In this document: piece by piece, positions 1-14,914 of the stretch
How positions within the stretch are numbered: position 1 is the stretch's first letter
How the letters are laid out: each line of letters begins with the position of its first letter
Assembly (NCBI GenBank): GCA_963514005.1
Contig: OY740803.1
Span: forward strand, 29,698,001-29,762,000
DNA length: 64,000 nucleotides
From: Raja brachyura
Taxonomy: Eukaryota
Direction: 5' to 3'
Notes under the pieces: model-generated
What the model saw: only the letters and a program-made list of their open reading frames with translations
What the model was told of the DNA's origin: nothing
Database searches by the model: none
Position numbers and translations under genes: made by a program

Positions 1-234
1 AAGTTTTCAGCAAACATCCATACTTCCAACTCATTATTTATGGAGCAGCTAAGTGCATTTGGTGCAAAGACCTATTTGTGCAGTAATATCTGCAGATATG
101 ATGATAACCATCAGCATCTTTTGTTATTGCATTTTGCTAAATAAAACCAGGGCACGACATACAGTAAATGGTAGGATCCTTGAAAAGTGTTGTAGAATAG
201 AGAAACCTACGGTTACAGATACAGAGTACAATGA

Positions 235-875
235 AAGTGGTGAGGCAGGTTGATAGGGTGATAAAGAAGGTATGCCAGCCTCCATCAGTCAGGGCATTGA
301 GTACAAGAGTTGGGACATTGTGTTGCAACTATGCAAGTCATGGAGTATTGTAAACATTTTTGGTTGCTCAACTATAGGAAGGTTGTGATAGGCTGAAGAG
401 GGTTCAGACGAGATTCATGATGATGTTACCAGGATGGCAGGGTTCAATATATAAGGAGAAGCTGCATTGGCTGGGACTTTTTTGCCTGGAATAGATATGG
501 TTGAGGGTTGATGTTATAGAGATATAATATCATGAGAGGGGTAGATAAGGTGGATAGTACAGTCTTTTTACCACAAACTCTAAGAGGGCATAGATTTAAA
601 ATGACAGGGAAAGATTTATAGGGGGGAAACATTTTCATACCAAGGGTAGTGGGTATATGGAATGAGTTGCCAGTGCAAGGTGTAAAGGTGGGAATAAAAT
701 CGACTTTGACTTCGGTTATAAGTACATTTAAAAGACATTTGGACAGGTTCATGGAGAGACAAGGTATGTAGTGACATAGGCCAAATGTGAGCATATGGGA
801 CTAACTCAGAAAGACATCCTAGTCAACATGAACGGGTTGGCCTTAAGGGCCTGATTCCATACTGAATAATTCTTT
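235..875 (+). mobile_element. Decayed CR1 LINE 3' fragment
   Basis: CR1 3' motifs (gggcattgagtacaagagttgg, agagggcatagatttaa, gggtagtgggtatatggaatgagttgcc, aagggcctgattcc). Confidence 0.8.
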
Positions 876-3800
876 GAATATATGTAACTGCTGTAAATCT
901 TGGTCAACCAATTGTGAAGTTTTTTTTCATAAACTGCACAACTCACTGCCAAGGCTAATGATTGAGGCAGAAACTATTAATATGTTAGATGAGATAAATG
1001 GCATAAATAGATATGGGAACCAAGTAGCAAATAAGATGAGAACATTGCTCACATGGACAGCTAAAACCAAGGCTTGTTTATATGTTATGACTTTCAATAT
1101 ACTTTTAGTCTGAACATGCTTTGAAATAAAATTGCAGACAGAAGACATAATAATGTCCCCATCAACATTGTTTATGCTCAAATAAATCTCAATGAAAATA
1201 TCTATCAATAAAGTAGCATTTGTTTTAAAGATACATTTTTCTGAGTGTTTCAACCAAAACCACCAGTGAATTATTAATGATGCAGCAATATGACAGAAAG
1301 AATGATAACCTTTTACAATGATGTCGCCTTTCACTAATATAAATCCCTAGATGAAGGCGCAGAGCAGCCGAGTAAAAACGGATGCAGAACGTCAGGCTAC
1401 TTTCAAAATAAACTAAACAATCCAACATGCACGACATTCACATTGAACCCGAATAGATATCCATGAAAGTCTTGGAAATGTGGCTGTACTTTTCATGCTA
1501 ATCAGTAAACTAAAAACAGCAATCTAACAATGCACATAAAAGCTACCCAATTTTCTTTGAAGTTAAGTATAAAGACGTGCCTTTATTGAACGTTTGTTTG
1601 TTAGATTTCTCTGTTGCGCGTGCATTTAGAAAGGGAAAAAAAGCATGAATTGTGCTGTTTCTCCCCTCACCCTTGCCTATTAGTGGAACCACGGATTCTT
1701 AATGTCGCAAGTCCATTTCCATTATACTTAATCATGACTTTGTCATGTAATAAAGTGCTGACTGGTAAAGTAAATAAACATTATAATCCAGTTCATTCAT
1801 CCTGCACATCAGGAGGATATGGATAAACTTTAGACAGAGAAAACAACTGGAAATCCCAAGTGATAATGGCAGGTTTGTCAACACCTCAATATAGATCATT
1901 TTTACTTTCAGCTTTCCGTTATCTCCACTCTCTCTAGCTCCAACTCCTGGGCTCCATGCCAATCTTCTCTCCTATTCCACATCCTTTTTAATTGTTTCAT
2001 TTCTGTGAAGAGCTGTTTATGTTACTGCACTGGTAATTCAGGTTTAGGTCTTGTTTAGATTTAATGTTGTCACGTGTACTGAGGTTACAGTGAGAAAATT
2101 TGTTTGTATGCTATCAAATCAGATCATATAAGAAAATACATTAGGTACAGGAGTAGGCCATTCGGCCCTTCGAGCCAGTATAATTCACAGCATTGTAGTG
2201 CATCAATTCCATTGTCCTCAATGGGATGGAGGTAAATTGGACACTATCCTGGTTTATGGAAAGACTGTTCATAAGACTGATAACAGAGGAGAAGAAGCTG
2301 TTCCAGAGTCTGGTGGTGTCCACTTTCAAGCTTCACTACCTTCTGCTGAATGGGATCAGAGAGAAGAAGAAATGACAAGGGTAGTGGTACAGGTGTTTGA
2401 TTTCCGAGGTAGTGTGATGTGTAAATGTAGCTAACGATGGGAAGTCTGGTCTGTGTAATGGTCTGGGCTACATTTACAACTCTGCAATTTCTTGCAGTTT
2501 TGGGCAGAACTGTCCCCAAACCCCAGCCTTAATGGCCTCGGGTACCTCATTTCAAGGCTATTAGTGACAGTGTGTAGTTCCTCGAGTGCAAGCTTAACAT
2601 CAGCCTGAGTTAGGATGTAGACTGTTGTCATGATAACGACAGTGAATTTCCATGGCAGGTAACAGGGACAATACTTCACTGAGATATTCCAGTTCTGTGG
2701 AGCAGGAGCCAATAGTATATCTACTCTCAGCTGGGAAGGGGGGGAGTTGAAGTTTTAAAATGATAGCCTTTGTAACTATGAGGGGAAATGGGTCCTGGAA
2801 GACCAGAATGAGAAGCATCACCAAAATAGATCTAAAAATAAATGTTTCCAGTGGAGAGATTAATAATGATGATTCATATAATATTCATAATGAGCTGGAT
2901 ATTCAACCTGACCACCTTTTGTTAACATTGACACGTGACATTGTTCCCTGTTCAAATCTTTTTCCGGACTATTGCTGGAAGAAATGTATTCAATCATTTC
3001 TATTATCGGGCCTGATTTAATGGCTCTTTTCTTAAACACGTCCCAGCCTGGATCTTTCAGATCCATTCGGAATGCCCTCACAGAATCAATCCACATTCTC
3101 TCCAAGCCTGGAACCCTCTCCCAGCACTCTAGACTTCACTCCCAGATCTGCAGCCGCCTGATGGGACATCCCGTAAACCCATCCCATCCAGTTCATCAAA
3201 CATAATCCCCACTGAACCAGCAAATGACCTTCAGGCCAATTCCCCAGCCTCCATTAAAATACACCCCCTCGTGATGTCTGCGGTCTCAAGCCCAAACCTG
3301 CCTATTTCGCCTCATATGCTTCAAATGAAGTCTTACCCTTGTACAAGGTTTATCTATTAGCACTATGACAGCAACCCCCACCCCCTTGAATGCCGCTCTG
3401 ATCCCGTCCACTGGCTGTCAGGCCAGGAGATGCCAATCCTCAGCATCACTGGTAACAGCAGGGTCCAATTAGCTGACATTAGGTTGCCCACTTGAACCTC
3501 GTCAGCCTGCTCCTTATGAAACCCATGCATTCCAGCCAGAGGGGAGAAGGAAGAAGCAGGAAGCAGAAAATATAGAGGAAGAAATAGAAGATTGGAAGGG
3601 AGAGGAAGTGGGACATCTCCCTGTGAGCCGTGTTCCCTTGTGACAGGTTCAAGGAAGACTGACCAACTGGGATAAACCTGAGACCACCAGTGCTCCATGG
3701 GGCACTGCAGTTTCTTGCCTTTGTAAATAAAAGACATCATGCGAGTTCACCCTACTGCGAGTTTTGGTGTGGTCACTGCCGAACCCGACATTATCCCCAA

Positions 3801-3939
3801 TACCACTGTACCCAAAGCCATAAAGCCCTGGAGTCATGGAGAGATTTGGTACAAAAGCAAGCCCTCCATTTGTTGGAGTCCATTTCAACCATCAACTACT
3901 GATTTACACTGATCCTATATTTAACATAATTTTTGTTTA

Positions 3940-4188
3940 ATTTTCCTGTACTCTCATCAACTGCGTCCCAGATTCTACCAGTCACCTACACACTAGGAGC
4001 GATTTGCAGTGACCACTTCACTTACCAGTACACCAATTTGGGATGGGGGGTCAAATCACAGCGCCAGGAGGAAACCCACACAATCTCAGCAAGAACACAC
4101 AAACTCCACACGGACAGCACTCGACGTGAGGATTGAACCCCAGGCTCTGGTGCCATGAGTACTACTTACTTTTCCAACTGTGCCACCT
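3940..4188 (-). mobile_element. Older V-domain SINE remnant
   Basis: ggaggaaacccacacaatc...acaaactccacacggacagcac...gattgaacccagg; similar remnants at ~8520-8640, 11477-11780, 26930-27115 and 56880-57075. Confidence 0.7.
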
Positions 4189-5920
4189 TACATAGCCTAG
4201 GATGATGCTGGCCATGGTTTGACTAGTTAATGTCGCCTCCAAGGGCCAAAACATTTCTAGGTCAATGACTTTGTGAAACTGTTAGCAAAGTTGTAGGAAT
4301 AGTTATTTTCAGGGTGATAGCAGACAGCTGTGGTGGTGACGGTGAATCTATCATTTTGCATGTGTCAGCCAAAATCAGTGCAATATTTGTCAGCACAATG
4401 TCACAAACTGAGGACCAATTGGTGCATAAGAATATATTGCTTTTAAACCATTAATAGGCGTGTTTTTCTGCTAAACCAACAGTGCTAAGTAATGCCCATC
4501 TGTTTCAACTTGTTTTGTTTAAAGTCTAAATAACTTTCTGTTTGTCAAAGGTTGCACTATTGCTTACCTAGACCATATCAAAGAGCACTACTTTCCATTA
4601 GAAGAAAGCAATGTTCCATTTCCAAGCATGTAATCCCTCACCTTAATGAGTACACGCAACTAAAAATATCTAAGAACGCACATGAACTGTACAGACCCAC
4701 TTATTATTCATCAATGTTTCATCTTGCACTTCATCCATTGAAAGTAGCCAGAATTAGAAACTTGGTGTGCAGTTTTTGAAATTAAACAATCTTGTCTGGG
4801 ATTCTGCACATGTCCTACAATGTGGCAATGTGCAGAAGGGCCCGAGTTCATGTACTGAAGGTACACAAGGTGCCTATGGGTTGTAATCACCAGAATTTCA
4901 CAGGGTGATCCACTTGGAGTGGTTTGAATTAAGTAGACCACATTGCCAGAAAACAAAGGCCCAGTGAGGAATGGGAACTGGGTCCATCCAACTTCCGATT
5001 CCACTAAGGACAGGGCCCATTCTTGTTCCACGTGTCACTGAAACCTGGTACAACAATCGCTCCATGTGGTCACTGAGGTTGGATTCACCCTCGGTTTCTG
5101 TGCCAACATCACACTCTCTGCCTCTGACAACCATGTCAACAAATCCATTCTATAGCCGTTGGTGCTGGATTGATGGCACATCTATTGCCTTGTGCTTTGT
5201 AAGCAAACCAGAACATCTTAAAAGAGTTATTGCAGACACAGTTGGAATTCATTGCAACTTGCAATGAAACAGCTGGAAGTATCACGGGAGGAACATGAGA
5301 ACTGGTTCCCTTCCTCTTCCATTCTGGACGGCAGAGGAGGAAATCCCAACAGTCCAGTTCCTCGAAGGAAATGCAGAAGAATCTCATATGAACAACAAAC
5401 CGAAATCCGTTCCAACATTTCCATCATGCTGACTCCAGTATTGGCTGCAACATGACTCCATAAATGTGATTTAAATCATGTTGTATCCTGCTATGTACTG
5501 TACAAAAGAACTACTTCCTTATGCTAGGGTCTCCTTTTCTGTCTGTGACCAGCTGTTTCTTCGTTGCCTATATGCAGTGTAGCGTGACAGGTTTGGCATC
5601 AAGCATGCAGTACATGACAATTATTATCAGCCCTGCATGTCAGCAAGGTTTGGGCAGTTGTATGATAACATGCTTTGAGAGTCCAAAGTTTCAATATGCT
5701 GGAGAATCTCAATGGCTCAGGCGGCATCTGTGGAGGGAAATGGACTGACCCACTGAGTTGCTCCAGCATTTTGTTTTTTGCTAAGATCCCAGTCTCTTGT
5801 GTCTCCAAAGTTTCAATATGCATAATATACATTAAAGATCTTTGCCATGTTTAGCAATAGATTTTCCACTATACTGTAATTTAGCCCCACGTGCATAATC
5901 ACATTTTTTAATACTGTGAT

Positions 5921-6053
5921 CAGTCTGAAGAAGGGTCTCGACCCGAAATGTCACCCATTCTTTCCCTCCAGAGATGCTGCCTGTCCCGCTGAGTTACTCC
6001 AGCATTTTGTGTCTATCTTCGGTTTAAACCAGCATCTGCAGTTCCTTCCTACA
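5921..6053 (+). mobile_element. Penelope-like (pLTR-derived) short repeat with hammerhead core
   Basis: cagtCTGAAGAagggtctcgacccGAAAtGTCaccc...gagttactccagcattttgtgtctatc...gcatctgcagttccttcctaca; roughly 20 related copies in the window. Confidence 0.7.
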
Positions 6054-6584
6054 TATTATTCTATACCATTGATTATCTTATAACTTTGGAATTGGAGCTG
6101 TAAGTATGCTCGTTCCAGTAGTAGGGATTACTTGAAGTGCACAGAAAGCACCCCCGCATTTCTCGGCTAACAGGCCAAGTATTCACCTACACCCAAATCC
6201 ACATTCCCTCGCTGTCAGATACTCACTTCCTGTGTCATTAGAAGTGGCTACACATTCACTCCTCAACATCTATTTAATACCCGATGTACACTCACTCTTA
6301 AACTACTGGAACTAGTTGCAGAGTTGAATGGTCAAGTTATCTCCATTTATTAGGGAATGCTAGGGTGCTCTCTCTGCACCTCAAGTAATCTCCTCGGTTG
6401 GAGAGAGTATTCCGACAACTCCTCAGAGGCACGCAGCAAAAGCAATACTGCCTGCCTTCCAGCATGTCTGTGCTTCAATAGCCTACTGATTCTTGGACTG
6501 ACACACACACAAAGCTGTAAAGTCCCTTTTGCACTGAGCCAATCTGTAAGGATGGCTGTCAATGTATATTGCGGGATATAGTCC

Positions 6585-7220
6585 CGCTATAAAAATGGGT
6601 GGATAAATGGCAGATATAATCTAAGCCATCGGAATATAGACCAGCTTTAAAAATGGGTGGATAAATGGCAGATATAGTCTAGTCCGAGTAAGCGTGAAGT
6701 GCTGCAGTTTGGGAGGTCAAATGTAAGGGAAAGGTATACAATTAATGACATGACCCTTAACATCATTGATGTTCAGAGGGTCCAAGTTCATAACTCACTG
6801 AAAGTAGAGACAGAATGGTAAAAAAGGCGTATGGTATGCTTGTTTTCATAGATCAGGGCATGGATAGAAATATATAAATTATGGGAGACATAGATAGGGT
6901 AGACAGTCAGAACAATTTTCCCAGAATGGAAATATCAAACACTAGAGGGCATTGCTTGAAAGTTAGAGGGGCAAAGTTTAAGGGGTGGTGTGGTGCAATC
7001 TTTTTTACACCAAGGGTGGCGAGTGCCAGGAACACATTGCCAGGAGTGGAAATGGAGATAGATATGACAGTGGCATTTAAAAGACTTTTGGATAAGCAGA
7101 TGGATATGGAGGGATATGGATTATGTGCAGACAGATAACTGTTGGTCTTGGCATCATGTTCGGAGCTGACATTGTGGGCCAAACGGCCTGTTCCTGTGCT
7201 GTACTCTTCTATGTTCCATG
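6585..7220 (+). mobile_element. CR1 LINE 3' fragment with internal deletion and local duplication
   Basis: ORF 6881-7138 reads DRVD...NTRGHCLKVRG; aaaaatgggtggataaatggcagatata occurs twice (6591, 6649); CR1-type tail to ~7220. Confidence 0.85.
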
Positions 7221-8169
7221 ATCACTTCTGCACGATATCCAGAAGCACTAAAACAGCAATTGACAAAAGCTAAAGTGGTGGTTGCTTTGGATACGTGAAG
7301 TTTACCCAGTTTGAGTTTGCAGCAATATTCAAAGAGGCTTGAGTTCTAAAGATCTTCCAATCTTTGCCCGAATTATCCAATGACTCACAAGCAGGAATTA
7401 CCTGTTAAACATCTCTGCATTTTCGAGAAGGTTGGATGGAGAAGGATGGAGGAAGTCAACAGAAGAAATCATAATCATGATCATAATCATAATAATCATA
7501 GTAATACTTTATTAGCCAAGTACCCAGAGGACTATTTTCTCAGGAAAAGCAGCAGTGCCCATGGCTACGCAGCTCCATTAGCTCAGTCAATGGTACAAAT
7601 GCACAATTCAAAGGCCTGAAAATGCAACGGGTCTGCTCGTCTGACAGTGCGAACAGTACATGTTGAACCTGTAATTAGGTTTGAACAACTTTGTCGTCTA
7701 GCTGGCTATCCCGTATTGCCATTTACATCGCCACCTGTGTTTACGTTCAGTTAATAGCATTTCACGCCCGCGACTTACTCAGCAGGTGGGGTTTGATTCA
7801 GCTCAATAAGACCGGCAATAGAATTACAGGATAATTATCAGTAATTAGTAATATTCAACAGCACCTTTAAGAACACCAGGACCGAATCTGCCACTACCTA
7901 ATTATACTCCTCCTTACAGTGACACCTTAGTTTAATGTCACAAGCGGCATTAAACAAGGTTCTGTTATGTAACCCTCTACGCGTGCTAACCAGCGGAAAG
8001 ACAATACATGATCACAATCGAGCCATTTATACACAGTAAATGGCTCGATTGTAATCACGATTGTCTTTCCACTGACTGGCTAGCATGCAACTGAAGCTTT
8101 TCACTGTACCTCGGTACACGAGACAATAAACTAAACTGAACTGATGTTGGCACCCTGCCTGCCCACCAT

Positions 8170-8495
8170 AGGCTGACAATGTGGAGAGGATGTTTGAACT
8201 AGTGGGAGAGTCTAGGACTAGAGGTCATAGCCTCAGAATTAAAGAACATTCCTTCAGGAAGAAGATGAGGAGGAATTTATTTAGTCAGAGGGTGGTGAAT
8301 CTGTGGAATTCTTTGGCAAAGAAGGCTGTGGAGGCCAAGTCAACCGATATTTTTAAGGCAGAGATAGATAGATTCTAGATTAGTACAGGTTATGGGGATA
8401 AGGCAGGAGAATGGGGTTAAGAGGGAGAGATAGATCAGCCACGATTGAATGGCATGGAAACTTGATGGCCTAATTCTGCTCCTATCACATGAATT
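8170..8495 (+). mobile_element. CR1 LINE 3' fragment
   Basis: ORF 8181-8378 GESRTRGHSLRIK...FSQRVVNLWNSL, the C-terminus of CR1 ORF2. Confidence 0.88.
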
Positions 8496-9605
8496 TGTGC
8501 ACTTAATCTTCCACATTCACATCATCTCATTTGGGGTAATTGTCAGCGGCCAATTAACTTACCAGCCTGCACCTCTTTGTGATGTTGCAGGAAACATGAG
8601 CACCCAGAGGAAACCCATGCAGTCACTCTGAGATGAGTACCCACACCTGACAAAGAATCAGCCCACAAGACATGTGAGGCGCTAAATTGCCAGCCAAGTT
8701 ATTTTAGTTCAGTATATAATGTAAGATGTAAGGGATACTGACTCAATCTCTCCTAATCATTTCAATGAATATAATACTGAGAGGACAGCAGGTGGCGACT
8801 GCATAATTACAGATTTTTCACAGCCACTCAAAATCTACAATTTCACCAAATTATATCATCAAAAGTCAGGAAAATATAGGAAACTGGTGCTATATAAAAT
8901 GTGTAAATTTGTAAATAAAGATAAAATTGACGAAAATGCACAAGTAGGATCCGAGGAAGGAGAAGCGGCAAACGCTTCGGGTCAAATATTTTCCTCAGAA
9001 ACAGAAAATGATAGAGAAAAAAGTCCGGTCATAAAATCACCACTCAAGGATGTTTAATTGTCATACGTATTGGCAATGGAATGATGCCATTCTTACTTGT
9101 TTACTTACTTGATGCCATTCTTACATGGAAAGTGGTGTAGGCAGCATAAAAATGCCCGTTTTGCAAACAACAAATGAAATAAAAGTACAAGATAAAAGTG
9201 TGCTGCAGTAAGACACGTAGAGCAGGGCAGGGAAAAGGGGAGAAAACTGTAATCGGGGAACTATACATACAGCAGGATCCCGATTCCCATGTATGTTTCT
9301 CTTTCACGAATCCACCAGTAGAAAGGCCCACGGAATCTTGATCATTGAATGTATTTCACGACTGAGTTGGTAGAATATTAGGCTTTACGCGAGTCACAGG
9401 GTTACTGCAAATGTAAAACTGAGGTGCTAAATGGAATGGGCGTTGGCCCCTGGTTACGAACACCCAACTTGCATAGCGTTTGGGTGGCTGGCGGGCGGGA
9501 TGGATTTGCCGACTGTTGCGGGGTAATAGGCGACTGTTGTTGAAACCAGCAGGAATTTTGCCACAAGGCACCCAGGAAGAATACAAAAGAGTTCACACTT
9601 TTCGG

Positions 9606-9739
9606 TGTAGGAAGGAACTGCAGATGCTGGTTTACACAGAAGATAGACACAAAATGCTGGAGTAACTCAGCGGGGCAGGCAGCATCTCTGAGTGGAAGGA
9701 ATGGGTGACGTTTCGGGTCGAGACCCTTCTTCAGACTGA
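9606..9739 (-). mobile_element. Penelope-like short repeat with intact hammerhead core
   Basis: Minus strand tcagtCTGAAGAagggtctcgacccGAAACGTCaccc; possible TSD acactttt (9595 / 9740). Confidence 0.72.
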
Positions 9740-10088
9740 ACACTTTTATGATCACACTACACACATGATCATCTTATGGATGCTATCTCTCCCCTTCATG
9801 CCGTCCGGGCAAGTGTCCCATGCAAACCAGCCAATTGCATGTTAAACCTCGTTTGCAGCAACACATCTCTTAAATGATTATTATTGCTAGCCCAAAAATT
9901 GTTAAAATTAGCTTTATTATTAAGAATGGCAAAATAAAATTGAAACATTCTGCTTTTGAAGACCATCTCCTCCTTCTCCTATGGGACAATCCACGCCTGC
10001 AGACATCTTCTGTGAACTCTGTTCGCGACCCCAAATCTGACTTGTGAACAGCTCAGTTCTCGAAAAGGGGGAACAGGACCCACTCTTA

Positions 10089-10569
10089 AGGGCCTGTCCC
10101 ACCAGCATGCAACTCCATGCGATGAGCGCAACCTAACGTGGTCGCTTGAGCCGTCTGGCATCGCGGGGCCAGTCCCACTTCGATCACCGGAGCCGTGCGG
10201 AATTGTGCGGAGTCCGTCCCGACATCGCGCGGGGCTCCGAAAAACTGACTATGTTCAAAAATTCCGCGTGGCAACGGCTTGTCATCTCGCAGTCGCCTCG
10301 ATGCATTACGCACCGCCTCGACGTCGTGCCTCCGTGACCCTCTCTGTAGGTGCCTCCTTGACCCTCTCTGTGTGTGGCTCCATGGCCCTCTCTGTGTGTG
10401 CCTCTGTGCCCCTCTCTGTGTGTCCCTCTCTGTCCTGGCGAACTTACCTTCGCTCCAAGTTCGCCTCACTTTGCGCCGCGTTGCGCCACTCACCCGACCT
10501 CCACGCGGCCCCTGCTGCCAGTTTGGTCGTGCTTGCCGCATGCAGGTGCATGCTGGTGGGACGGGCCCT
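10089..10569. mobile_element. PIF/Harbinger-like MITE
   Basis: TIRs AGGGCCTGTCCCACCAGCATGCA ... TGCATGCTGGTGGGACGGGCCCT; flanks TTA/GTA (degenerate 3-bp TSD); CpG-rich interior with ~4 copies of a 24-bp unit at ~10335-10435. Confidence 0.85.
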
Positions 10570-12179
10570 GTACCCATTTTCATCACGCTCTTAGCTCTCC
10601 AATGCAGCAGAGAGCCGCAGATTGGGAGAACACAGTAGGGCTATCTGCCTGCCTCAGCCGCTTGGAATGACGCCTCCTGTTCTTAATCTTAAAGCCAATG
10701 TTATGTCCCTTTCAAAATGTCCCTGAGGATGCTAACAGACTGGTAATGCATCCCGCCAACTTGTGGCATTTGTTAAACCCTGCCTTAGGACACTCAAAGA
10801 CAGCTCAGCTTGTCTTGTCTTCCAACAAATGTGCGGCTTGAGACTATCCGTTTTGTGCTCAGCTTCTTTAGATTTCAGCAAATGATTTAACTACCATAGC
10901 AGCTGAATGTTTTTAATACAGATGATTCATTGGACATAGGAGCACTTGGATTGAGTCTCAATTGTTGAATCAATTCCTTTGTTCTCGCTGCACAATTGGA
11001 GTGTTTGCTCAGTGTACAGAATTCTATTTATGAAAAGTTGCCTTGTATTTCTTCCCAGTCTTTCAACAGTCTTTCAACTTTCGACTTAAAGGAATTTAGC
11101 CAAGAAACGGAACTGTTTAGCCCCGATTTCCATGTCTATGTCGCTTACAACAGCATTAACTTTGTTTTGGTCACACTTGTGATCATTTTCAGGTTGAAAT
11201 GAGCCCACGAGAAATTGGCTTGCGCACGTCTGTGCCCTAATCACATTAGCTCTTCTATGTAAATACATGTTTTCCCCATATACACATTTTGTAGAGCTGA
11301 AGATTTGTACAATCTGTAGATGCTGTAAAACATAAGCGAAAGCAAAATTGGTGGAAAGACACTGCAGATCAGGCAGCATCTGTGGACAGAGAAATAGAGT
11401 TAATGTGGCAGGGCAAAAGCCCTTTGTCAGTTCTGACCTCTGCAAGGTTTCCAACATTTTTGATTTCTGTTGCAATACGGTGGCATAACTAGTGCAGGTG
11501 CGCCCTCAAAGCACAGTGACCTGGATTCAAATCTTACCTAAGTGTGGAGTTTCCATGCTCCTCTTGTGACAAGATGGGTTTTCTTTGGATGTTTCGATAA
11601 CTTCCCAAATGCCAAAGTCATGTGAGTTGGTGGACCAATTGGCCCTGGTGTGAAGATGATGGTACAATCAAGGAGGTGAGGGGTGGGGTGTTGGTGTTGG
11701 GAATGTGGAAAAAATACAATGTAATATGTGAAGGACTAGGTGCTCAATGGCTGCCGTGGATTAAGTAGACCTTCTGTGACACAATGCATCTCTCTCACGA
11801 ACACTTCCATATCTTGTTAAGTGATTGTGGGAGTTCTCTCCTCTGTCCTGCAGCCTTTCCTCTCTGTGGCAGTTGCTTCGATGTCTGGCTGCCATGGGAA
11901 GGGTGCCTTTAAGGTATGACCTCAGATCAGTGAGGGCAAATTGCTAAAAAGCTGCATAACTGAGCCTGGAACTGTAGAAGATTACACCAGTTCTGTTCTA
12001 GCACATTTCTGATTGTAAACAATGGTTTCAAATCCCTCTTCATCCAATTTCACAATTTCTTCTGGCACAAAATGGTTTGCCAGTCTAATGCACCAAAGGG
12101 TGAAGTCCAAAATCAAGGCAAAGTGATCCACTTTACCACCTGCTCATGCTTTGATGGGTGTGACAGGTTTGCACTGTAA

Positions 12180-12384
12180 AGGGCCTGTCCCACTTGGGCA
12201 TCATGTGCGCGTCACGCAGATGGTGCACGAGGATTTTGTACATCCCAAATCCTGGGGCGCCGCGCACGATCGCACGCCACTGCCTACGCTACGTCACCAC
12301 ACACCATGCGTGCATCACGTGCGCATCACGACGTGCGTGTCGTGCGTCGTGACGCGCAAATGACGCCCAAGTGGGACAGACCCT
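12180..12384. mobile_element. PIF/Harbinger-like MITE (205 bp)
   Basis: TIRs AGGGCCTGTCCCACTTGGGC ... GCCCAAGTGGGACAGACCCT with perfect TAA TSD (12177-12179, 12385-12387). Confidence 0.9.
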
Positions 12385-14914
12385 TAAAGCATTAACAGGA
12401 AGAAGTCATCGTAAGCTCGGGGGCAAGAGTACAGTAGGGAAATGATACATTTTTAAATAAAAACCAAATGAGCTGGATCCTTTCATGAAATTGATCACTT
12501 TACTTACTATGTCAATGATAATTCTTTCAAAGGCTTAATATTTCCTTTTATTGAGCTGTTAACAGAGTGAAAATTGACATTCATTTTGTGTTCAAGTTCT
12601 GTGTCCGTTTGTTCTTGGTCCTTTCCAAACAAGTTGCAGAAATAATGGAAAGATTTGACTATTATGTCAGAAAAGAATCTAAAGAAGGGTCCTGACCAAA
12701 AATGTCACCCATCTTCTTTCTCCAGAGACGCTGCTTGACCCATTGAGTTAATCTAGTACTTTGTGTCTATCCAGTATATACTGTATCAGTATTTGCAGTT
12801 CCTTTTCTACACAACTTTATATGTGGTTCACTCAGGGCTCCTCAAAATGTTTACAGCTACTTATTGTTGAGAGTTGTCAGTTCTCTTAAGACGACTGAAA
12901 CATCGCAACCAAATTGATCACAAGACTGTTGAGACAACAATGAGATTTTGGGGTTAAATTTTATCCTCTTTTTCATTGTATCATATTGTACAGGACGGCT
13001 CATATCCTATTATGTAAAGATTAATCAAACCAAGTTACAGAAGTGGAACTGAATATGCATTACTCCAATATTCTGAGTTCTGTGTTTGTAACTGAGGATC
13101 TATTTCTTCCTGAGTGCATTTTTTTAGGTGTTGGCTCAGACAATGCATGAACTCTTGTACCTTTCCTCAAAAATGTTGCCATGGAATCTTTTATTTACAT
13201 CTTTAGAAAATATCATCTGGCATTCGTTTTCCCTTTAGCTTTTTGCTCTGTAGTTTAGAAAAACAATATATTTTATCAGTGAGAATATGTCACTGCTGTT
13301 CCCCAAATGTCATCCTTTCTCGCTGGATCAATGTTCTTGAGAATGACTCTCAGAAAATCAATTTAAGAAGCCCTCAACCAGTCAAGTCCCTGTATGTTTT
13401 GGTCTTATTTACATAATACCCCTATTCTACTTTCTTTCATTTGATCAGAAAGTTATAGTTTAAATCCCAGCCTCATTGTTGGATGCACAACCTTGGCCGA
13501 ATGCTACTACATGGAGTAGGAAGAGATAGTTCTACTTTTGGAGCTGAAGAGTTTTCAAAGAAGCAACAATATGAGGTTTATGTACCTGCTCGAGAAGACC
13601 AAGAGGAGTTTTAAAATATCCCTATAAAAAAGTACAGGTCTACTTAGCCAACTTTCTTTCCGTTGCTAATCAACGTCACAATTAATAAACAAACTGATCA
13701 TTTATTGCTGCAGTCATTAGAACTGATGGGTTTTCATACTGATGCTGTACTTCAAGGCAATTAAAAGCTTGTGTACACTTTGAAATATTTCTAAGCGATA
13801 TGTCAAGGTGATTATATAAATGTGAAAGTTACTCTCTTGTGTTAGACTTCCTTTTCCTAATGACAGGAAACTAAGACATGTTAACCTTTGGATAAACATT
13901 AAGCTGCTTCGTACCCTGTTCATCAAAATGTTAGCATCAGGAAAATACACTCCTCCAGCCTTACATTCTGGAAGAATTGTAGCAATGCCATAGGTAATGC
14001 CTGTCTTGACTCACATGACATCTTCTCAGGTTTCAAAGCCAATCTTTCCCCTGCAGCCTTGATTCAAATAGCATTAGGTTTCTTTAAATATCATCCATAA
14101 AATGTCTAAACTTCATTGGCTAATGATGCTGGAAAAACATTAATGTTTTCAGTTATGAAATGTGCTGAGCAGAAAATTGTTAAACCATTAACTCCTGCCA
14201 TTGCGGCTTGATAGTTTTCATATGTCTTGGACAACACAAATTCCTGTATATATGAAAGGAATTCACAATATTGAGCTATGTGCCAGGACTTGCAATGCTT
14301 TTTTTTAACAATTCATTCATGGGTCCAGTAACATTGTCCATTGTTATTCTCCCTCAAGTGGGTGAATGAAGCACTGTAATCCATGAGCTGACGGTATCCT
14401 GTTGCATAGCGAGTACCTCCATGTTGATTTAGCAACAATGAAGGAACAGTGACACATATCCAAGTCGCAATGATGGGAAATTTGAAGAAGAGTGAGGAAG
14501 CTGGATAAAACATTGAGCTGGTGTTAGGAGGCATTTTTTAATTTGGAGGCTACTGACCAGTGGTATGTCACAGGGAATGGGCTTGTTCCTCTGATATTTA
14601 TCACAGCGGACCCGGAAGGAGGAACCAGTCGGACAGGCGGATGCTGGACAAAGGTCCAGGGACACTTATCTCCCGCACCTTCAAGGTTTAAGGTTGGCTG
14701 CAGGAGGTGCCGAAGGGCCTGTTTCAATGCTGTGCAACTCTCTGATTCCATAACTTGGAGAAACCTGTTGGTGGTGATATCCCATGGATCTGCTGTACTG
14801 TGGTAAGCTATGAACTGCTTAGATGCTGTTGGAGAAGCTTGGCAAGTTGCTGCCAATCATCCTATGGAAAAGGCACATGGAAACCACAGAGGTTTATGGA
14901 AGGAGACACACAAC

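Noticed and set aside
4102-4122. REST/RE1-like half site (cacggacagcac)
   Set aside because: Lies inside a SINE remnant and lacks the TTCAGCACC left half.
10086-10670. Overlapping 98-166-aa ORFs on both strands
   Set aside because: By-product of a GC-rich MITE interior; no transposase motifs.
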